Shown here one piece after another: positions 55,576 through 64,000 of a stretch of DNA of 64,000 nucleotides (position 1 is the first letter of the stretch; each line of letters begins with the position of its first letter). Source of the stretch: the human T2T-CHM13v2.0 reference genome, Homo sapiens; the NCBI RefSeq assembly GCF_009914755.1, contig NC_060935.1; one strand, 5' to 3'. The notes under the pieces were generated by a model. It saw nothing but the letters and a program-made list of their open reading frames with translations, did no database searches and was not told the origin of the DNA. The translations under genes were made by a program, and so were the position numbers.

Positions 55576-55744
55576 AAAGCTATAGATTTTATTCAATTTC
55601 AGCATGTAATAAAATAAATACATGTCTCTTTTTCTGTCCTACCTAAAATAATTACTGCAATGAAAGCAAACTCAGTGAAGAAACTAAATTTAGTAGAGGT
55701 TCATGCAACTTGAGAGAAACCATTCAAAATCAAATTCATCAAGT

Positions 55745-56110
55745 AAACAAAAAGCTACCTGGAAATACCAACACTGACGCTCCCTCTGACTTTACAATAA
55801 CCTGCTCTGATACCTCCGAATAGCCAGTCTGCATCCAATGATTAATTGATGTTAAAAGATAAAGGCAGGTCCATCTCAGCCCCACTTGAGAAAACTTTGA
55901 TGAGCTACGTTAGCTCCAGAGATACCTGGAGTATAGGTCAAGACAGTCATTAGACTTAAAACACAACTGGACTTGGCTTCTTCCTCTGCTCATTCCTGCC
56001 TCCTTCCACTCACTTATGAAGGTGATGATTACAAGGGCACTCCCTAATAAAACACCTACCTGCTAAATTCAGTCTCAGTCGTCTGCCGCTTGAAGAACTA
56101 AACTTACGAT
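55745..56110 (+). mobile_element. LTR16-type ERVL LTR fragment (second)
   Basis: CCAATGATTAATTGATG..TAGCTCCAGAG..GGGCACTCCCTAATAAA..CCTGCTAAAT..TCTCAG. Confidence 0.6.
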
Positions 56111-56239
56111 AGTATTTACAGTATCACACTATAAAAACTGATACATAGGGAAGGTTAGCAAGCTGAAGAATAGGAAAATCAAGATGGAACAGTAACATCT
56201 ATGGGGGGAATCCAATATCACTCTATTTCAATTTTGTCA

Positions 56240-57540
56240 GAAATTATTTATTAAATATGTCCTGGATATCAGACACAACTTTATGTACTGAGGATACAAT
56301 GGTGAATGAAAAGAAACACAAGGAAACTTACTTCGAGAGGCAGAAGTGCTTTCCAAAAGACTGATATTAAACTGAGGTATGAGTACAGGAAAGAATTGCA
56401 GGCAGAAGAAACAGTGTATACAAAGACAGGCTAGAATATGGTAAATGCAACAAACAAAAAGGAAGCCAATTATGAAGAGTAGTGAAACAAACAGAGTGGA
56501 AGTCTAAGAAAATGCCTAATCCTACAAGGCTTTTGTAACCAATGCTTGAGGCTTTTTAACGTATCCTTAGAATGATGGGAATGAAATGAAGATGTTAGGA
56601 TCAAGGGACATATATTGAGCTGTAAACCAAGGAAAACTGAAAAAGCAACCTTAAACACATAATAATTTGATTTGCACAATAAGAAATCTTGGAATATGTG
56701 GCCCAAGGCTGGTGCAGTTGTCAAATAATGTCATCAAGCATCTAGACACTTTCTATTTTTCTGCTCTAGAATCCTTACCATATGCCATCTATCTTCATGT
56801 GTTCAGAGTAACTGCTGCCATCTACAAAAAATGGAATGTGTGGGTCAGATAGTAAAAGTAAAAGCAGAGATGAGCATAATGGGCAAAGTGAAAATATAAC
56901 CTCCCTCAAAGACTTCTGACTAAATTATATTTTCCAGAACATATTAGCAATATATAGCTTAGTCACAGCTAGCTATAAAAAGTCTAAAGAAATAGGCTAG
57001 TTTAGTTTCCAGGTTTTATTGTAGGAGTCAAGGGAGAGGGTATCTAAATGACTTTCATAGTATTCAGTAGAAGAATAAGCTAGAGATGTAGGAGGAAATA
57101 AAAAAGAATGTGGTATGTTTAAATCAGAGGAACATTTTTTCACCACTAATCTATTAGACAGTAGTGTTTATTGTTGCTAAAAGTGTAAACAAAATGGTGA
57201 TTAAGTTTATCCAATGATGTAGTGGCAAAAAGGCCAATGGTGACATCAGTGAGAGTTGCTGGCATGGAGTGAAGATGAAGACACCCAATTGGAATGAATT
57301 AATGAATAAAAGATAAAAACACAGAAGTAATAAATATATGTATTGGCTGTGAAAGAGAAGAAAGAGGATCATACTTGGGGAGTGAAATGAGTTGAAAGAG
57401 ATTTCTGTTTCTTGTTTTTTCTTTTTGGTTCTTTTATATAAAATGTATTAGAGAACATATGTACATCCAGGATGTGTAGATTCATATGAATTTTAACAAC
57501 AGGAAGGAAAAAGTTGACAATATGGGGGGAAGGGAGTGAA
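56240..57540 (-). mobile_element. L2 fragments, probably interrupted by an old MLT1 (~56600-57080)
   Basis: ATTATTTATTAAATATGTCC..TGAGGATACAATGGTGAA (reverse complement of an L2 3' end). Central part is MLT1-like. Confidence 0.5.
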
Positions 57541-57589
57541 CAAAACATATTGTGATCTCCCTGATGTGATGAAAGGATGTGGCATTCAG

Positions 57590-57973
57590 ATATATACTCA
57601 CACAGACACAACGGAATACCACTGAGCCCTAAAAAAGAAGGAAATTCTGCAGTATGTGACAACATAAACTTTGAGTACATCGTACTAAGTAAATTAAATC
57701 ACGGAAGAACAAACAATGCACAATTCCAATTATATGAGGTATCTAAAATACTTGAACTCATAGAAACAGAGAGTGGAATGGTGGTTGCCAAGGCCCAAAT
57801 AAAGGGAGAAATGGGGACCTGCTGTTCAGTGAGCATGAATTTTCAGCTATGAAGGATGAATTAGTTCTAGAGATCTTCTGTACAGCACTGTGCCTATAGT
57901 TAACACTGTATTGTACACTTAATGTTTTAAAAGAGATAATCTTATGTTAAATATTCTTATCACAATCAAAAAA
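57590..57973 (+). mobile_element. L1MB-type 3' end
   Basis: AAAAAAGAAGGAAATTCTG..ATAGAAACAGAGAGTGGAATGGTGGTTGCC..GTTCTAGAGATC..CTTATCACAAT. Confidence 0.8.
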
Positions 57974-58269
57974 TGGTTACAGTGGGCAAAGATGAAAAAA
58001 TAATCTAGAAGGCCGAGAGACTGTGGTAAAAAATCAATAGAATTACTTATTTAGAAGATAGAATGGTTTTAAAAATACATCTCATTGGAAAGATTACCCT
58101 GCACAGAGCCATGCAATTTCATGTATCTATTATCCTGCTAGAAGAGAGAGACTAGTAATACAAAATCACTTTCTCTTTAGCAATGACTAACTCTCAACTC
58201 TCATCTTGGGAGATGTTCAATAAAAGTTTATTTCAAATTATTCTATTACAATAGAAGCAACTAGGCTAT

Positions 58270-58480
58270 GCCATCAGACTTACATGTATCCACCTTTCTG
58301 CTTCATTTCTTGGGTCTGTGACTTTGGCAAATGACATAATCTGTGTTTTAATTCCTTTGTAAGTAAATTGAGTGCAGCAATATATTTCTCTATGGATTTT
58401 CTTATGTAGTAAGCGGGACAACAAATATGAATCACTAAGCACAATGTCTGACATTTGGCAGACAATTTATGCATAACGAC
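58270..58480 (+). mobile_element. MIR
   Basis: TGTGACTTTGGCAAATGAC..AAGCACAATGTCTGACAT. Confidence 0.55.
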
Positions 58481-60032
58481 ATATTTCCCTAATATTCTAA
58501 ATGATTGGGTGTAATGAGAAATTTTATTCATTACAAAAATGACGTCCCAAGGTGTTACTATAAAATTAGATTAAGGGAGAAGGTGGTAATTTCATGTCCA
58601 GCAGTGAAACCATTTTCTTAGCCAGCTCCAGAAATACTTGAAACAAGAATGACTTTACCATGGAAATAAAGAAAAGCAAATGTCCTGGAAAGTTGACCAT
58701 TAAAAGTATGGATGATTTGTCTTTAGCTAGATGTTTGCTAGATTTTGCTTTCCCAACTCTGCGAAAAAAAATGGAATTGTTTCCACAGAAATGTTAATTC
58801 CAGAGTTATCCATGAAGAAGAGACACATGCTACTAGGTTTAACTGTTCATTCTGTGAACTGCACATACTCTGTATAAACACACATTTTCATAGTCCTTTT
58901 TCAATTACGCATATTTTATTGAAATTTATGTATGATGATATAACATGTGTCCGTGTGCAAAAGGGAAATCATTAGTGCCCTTCTATTTTATAATTCCAGG
59001 GTGAACCAAGTTTAGCATGGAAAATTTTTTATGTTATATCCCTAATATCCATGAACTGTAGTAATGATAAAATGGAAGAAGTATTGAAAGGATCTCAACA
59101 AGATTATAGTTAGATTGAAGTACAAACTTACTTTCAATAGGATAACTAAATATGTACAATACAGTACAGGATTGTGTGACATCAGATTTCTATGTGTTTT
59201 CATTAAATAATTTAAAATCTTACCTTTCTTCTGTCAGAGTCCCACATCATATATCCGTTTCAATAGTCTGATGAAAGTCAACAGAAAGCTTCCGTTCAAA
59301 TTGATCTGATGTTCTCCCTGGTGATTGCCTTCTTATTTATTCTTGGCTGGACGTCCACTGTCTTGGTGGTCTCTTAACTGGCCCTTTCTTCTCATTAGTT
59401 TTCTGTATCTCTCACAGAAGTCAGGTTGACTTTTGTTTCTTACAACTCTGATTATACCTAGCTTTTACTCTGAGACCTTCACAACTGCTTATTGTCCAAT
59501 ACACAAAATGTTTTCAGCTTAGATGTGAAAAATTCTAAGATTTTACTCCAATCTACTTTCCAGTCTTACCTCTCCCTAACTTATGCAACACTATGTATAA
59601 ACTCCATCTTAGTTGTTATTTTTTTCACCAAAATTTCCCTGATTACATCAGCCTTAGCCAGATGATCTCTCCTATCTCTAATGATTCATAGTTTCTTTGG
59701 AAATTTGTTACATTACACCCTGCATAACAGAATAATCATACCCCATACTTCTGAGACTTTAAATTTCATAATAAGAAGAATCTGTTATTTTAAAGCTGAT
59801 TTTATCCCTGCCCACTTGTTTAGAGAATAAATATTATTATATATTGGTATATATTTGGTTTTACAGTTAAATATCAATCAATGTAACATATCATATCAAT
59901 AGAATGAAGGACAAAATCAAATTGCCATCTTAAGAGAAAAAATGAAATGTTTGTAAAAATTGAGCACACTTTCATGATTAAAACTTTCAAAAAAAGTAAG
60001 AACAGTAAAGAGCTTCCTCAACCTGGAAAAGT

Positions 60033-60401
60033 TGTATTAGTCCGTTTTCACGCTGCTGATAAAGACACAACTGAGACTGGGTAATTTATTAACAAAAAGA
60101 GGTTTCATGAACTCACAGTTCCACATGGCTGAGGGTGCCTCACAATCATGGCAGAAGGTGGAAGGTGAAAGGCACTTCTTACATGGTGGCAGACAAGAGA
60201 GAATAAGAGCCAAGTGAAGGGGGTTTCCTCTTATAGAACCATCAGATCTCTTGATACTTATTCACTACCATGAGAACAGTATGGGGGAAACTACCCCTAT
60301 GATTCAATTATCTCCCACTGGGTGCCTTCCACAACATGAGGGAATTATGGGGGCTACTAGTCAAGATGAGATTTGGGTGTGGACACAGCCAAACCATATC
60401 A
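60033..60401 (-). mobile_element. THE1B-like solo LTR
   Basis: TGTATTAGTCCGTTTTCACGCTGCTGATAAAGAC...GACACAGCCAAACCATATCA. Near-TSD AAAGT/AGAGT. Confidence 0.92.
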
Positions 60402-60616
60402 AGAGTACCTCTAGAAAACCCACAAATCACCGTGTTCTCTTTTTGGATGATGGGTTCACTGGAAGCCCAAACCATAGCATTACACAGTATACACATATAA
60501 GAAACCTGCACATGTACCCACTGAATCTCTAATTATAAAACACAATGAGCAATATGCACATGAAATGGTGCCTAACAATATTAGTTATCAGAGAAATTGC
60601 AAGGAAACCACAATGA

Positions 60617-60938
<322 letters not shown>

Positions 60939-62655
60939 CTACTTCATACTCGCTAAGATTTCTCAAATAAAAAAGACATGAACAACTACAATTGCTGGCA
61001 AGGATGTGAATAAATTAAAACCTCATACATTGCTGGTCAAGATTTAAAACAATTGCATCTGCTTTGGAAAAAAGTATGACAGTTTCACATAATGTTAAAC
61101 ATAGAGTTATCACATAACCTAATGATACTGCAGGTATATGCTCAATTTAAATGAAAACCTACATCCACAAAAAATTTATATGTGAATGGCATATAGCGGA
61201 ATTATTCATAATAGCTAAAAATAAAACAAAATAAATGTTCACCAACTGATGAATAAATGGATACAATGAGATATATCCACAGAATGTAATATATTCAGCA
61301 AAAAACAGAACTGAAGAATATATGCTATAACATTTCTAATCCTTGAAAATATTATGGTAAATGATAGAAATTGGTCATAAAACACAACATGTACAACTCT
61401 GTTTTAATAAAATGTTTAATAAGGTGCTCAGAAGAGGTAATTCCATATAAACAGATAGTAGATTAGAGATTTTCAGGAACTGGGAGGAGGAGAGAATAGA
61501 GAATGACTACTAAATTGGTGCAAGGTTTCTTTATGAGTCAATGAAAATGTTCTAAAATTAAATAGCAATAACAGTTGTGCAACCCTACAAATATACAAAA
61601 ATGTGCCAATTTGTACATTATAATTTTAAAATGTTATGGTAAGTATTGAAATTATTTTTCAATAAAGCTTATTTGCATGTGTGTTTTTTTAATTGACTGC
61701 TATTAGAAGAATTTTATGGAATTACTGAAAAGACCTGAGTAAAACCTTAGGGCAAACCAATGAAGTAGATCTACAGTAACCTAAAGAAACTGTTCAATTT
61801 GATGGTGAAATGATGGGTAAGGAGATGGTGTCAGAGAAGCAGTATAAAGTATTAGGTAAACTAACAATTAAGATGAGTACATCTTTGTGACTTGAGCCTT
61901 TTATTTGCTAAGTGCTTTAATGAATGTGCAATAAATGAAGTGAAATCTAGTTGGTAATTTTCCCCATTCTCTCCATTTCATCCTCTTTTTGCATAAAGTT
62001 GTAGAATAAAAAGGTAAAACATTGATTAATCCAAGGTTAAAATAAGAAGAAACTGAAGACGACTGTTATTAAGGAAAATCGAAGAGGAAATTATCTTACT
62101 TAATGAACTGGTTACAATTCCAGCAAAATTTGAAAGAGTTAAGTACTTAAAGATTTCTGCAACATTTATATAGCCAAAAACCACATGTCTTTATCCAAAG
62201 CCAAATATTTTTCTCTCTAAATATAAAATTGCAGGATATAGTTTCCTAGGTTTACTTATTTACATCTACTTATAAAAACATTTCAGTTATAATTAATTTT
62301 AGTGGACTCTCTTACTCATTGCCCCCAGCATATTCCTGTATATGCCTTTCTCATGATTACTCTAATATTTGTGACATAAAAGGTACAGTAACGCATTGCT
62401 TAACAATGGGGATAAATTCTAAGCAATGTGTAGTTAGGCAATTTACTCACCATGCAAACACCATAGAGTATAGTTACACAAATGTAGATGGTATGGTTAA
62501 CTACAATATGGGTTTGTGCTCTTGGCTACAAACCTGCACAGCCCATTACTGTACTGAATACTATAGGCAATGGTAACATAATGGTAAGTGTCTGTGTATC
62601 TAAACAGACAAGGTACAGTAAAAATATGGTCAAAATTTTAAAAAAAAATAAAAAA

Positions 62656-62830
62656 GGCTGGGTGTGGTGGCACATGCCTGTGGTCCCAGCTACTTGGGAG
62701 GCTGAGGCAGGAGAATCACTTGAACCCGGGAGACAGAGTTACAATGTGCTGAGATCGAGACACTGCTCTTCAGCCTGGGCATTAGAATAAGACTCTGTTT
62801 AAAAAAAAAAAAAAGAGAAAAATAAATAAA
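62656..62830 (+). mobile_element. Alu right monomer only
   Basis: GGCTGGGTGTGGTGGCACATGCCTGTGGTCCCAGCTAC..., A tail. Confidence 0.85.
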
Positions 62831-62943
62831 GCAAAGGTATACCTGTATAGAGCATTTACCATGAATGGAGCTCATAGAATTGGAAGTTGCTCTGGGTGAG
62901 TCAGTGAATTGATGAGATAGGCTAGGACGTTACTGGAGACTTT

Positions 62944-63268
<325 letters not shown>

Positions 63269-63629
63269 TGACACTAAATTAATTTAAAATGACTTCTCTT
63301 TCTTCAGTAATAAATTAACCTTATCTGTGTATTTTTTACTCTGTAAACTGTAAATTTTTAATCTTTTTCCTCTTTTGTAACAATACATAGCTTAAAACAC
63401 AAGCACATAGTACAACTGTGCAAAAATATTTTCTTTCTTTACATCCTTATTCAATAAGTTTGCCTGTTTTTAAAATTATGTATTTCCTTTTACTTTTTAA
63501 ACTTTTATGTTAAAAATTAAGTCCCCTACACATTAGCCTAGGCCTACGCAGGGTCAGGATCATCAATATCACTGTCTTCCACCTGTACGTCTCCCACTGC
63601 AGGGTCTTGAGTGGCAATAACAGGAATTT

Positions 63630-63960
63630 ACACAACACCTTAAAGATACAAACAGGCTAATCCAGCATGCAAGAAACTCCCCAGAACAAATAACTGGATT
63701 TCTTCAACAAATATGTTGCATAAAATAACAGAATAGAATTGCTTTTAAGCTAAAAGGTACTTAGGAGATGTGTCAGCCACATGTTTGTGTTTGCATGTGT
63801 GTGTGTGTGTTGGTGTGAACCTTGCTTGGACCCAGATTTAAACAAATCAGTAATATAAATGCCCTTTTTTAATGCAAGCATAATAAATTGAACACAGACT
63901 AGATATTAGATTACAGCTGTTTACAGTTACACACTGTTATACTTTTTCAGACTTCTATAA
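63630..63960 (+). mobile_element. L1MC/L1ME-type 3' UTR fragment
   Basis: GAAACTC..AGAACAAATAACTGGATTTCTTCAACAAAT..GAACCTTG.TTGGA..TGAACACAGACTAGATATTAGAT. Confidence 0.6.
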
Positions 63961-64000
63961 ATTCGTATGTATATACATTACATAAGTATCATAGGCACAT

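Overview
AT-rich, CpG-depleted primate (human-like) non-coding DNA, intergenic or deep intronic. It is a mosaic of interspersed repeats: Alu J/S/Y; L1PA, L1PB and L1M; L2; MIR; MaLR, ERVL and ERV1 solo LTRs; and MER5, MADE1, MER45 and Tigger DNA transposons, plus micro- and minisatellites. I can support no protein-coding exon, RNA gene or CpG island. The ORF track is explained by simple repeats, Alu and L1 remnants, or chance. I found no new gene system. The most unusual structure is one TSD-bounded retrotransposition event at 4870-6076. It combines a twin-primed 5' inversion with an apparent 3' transduction of an old Alu 5' end, inside a MER5 element. Also notable are several fold-back palindromes and templated duplications (537-630 with 1375-1418, 8778-8848, 16290-16375, 24737-24765), deeply nested transposon stacks, and a fossil hAT transposase C-terminus. 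Repeat family names come from recalled consensus sequences, not a database search. Boundaries without TSDs are approximate.
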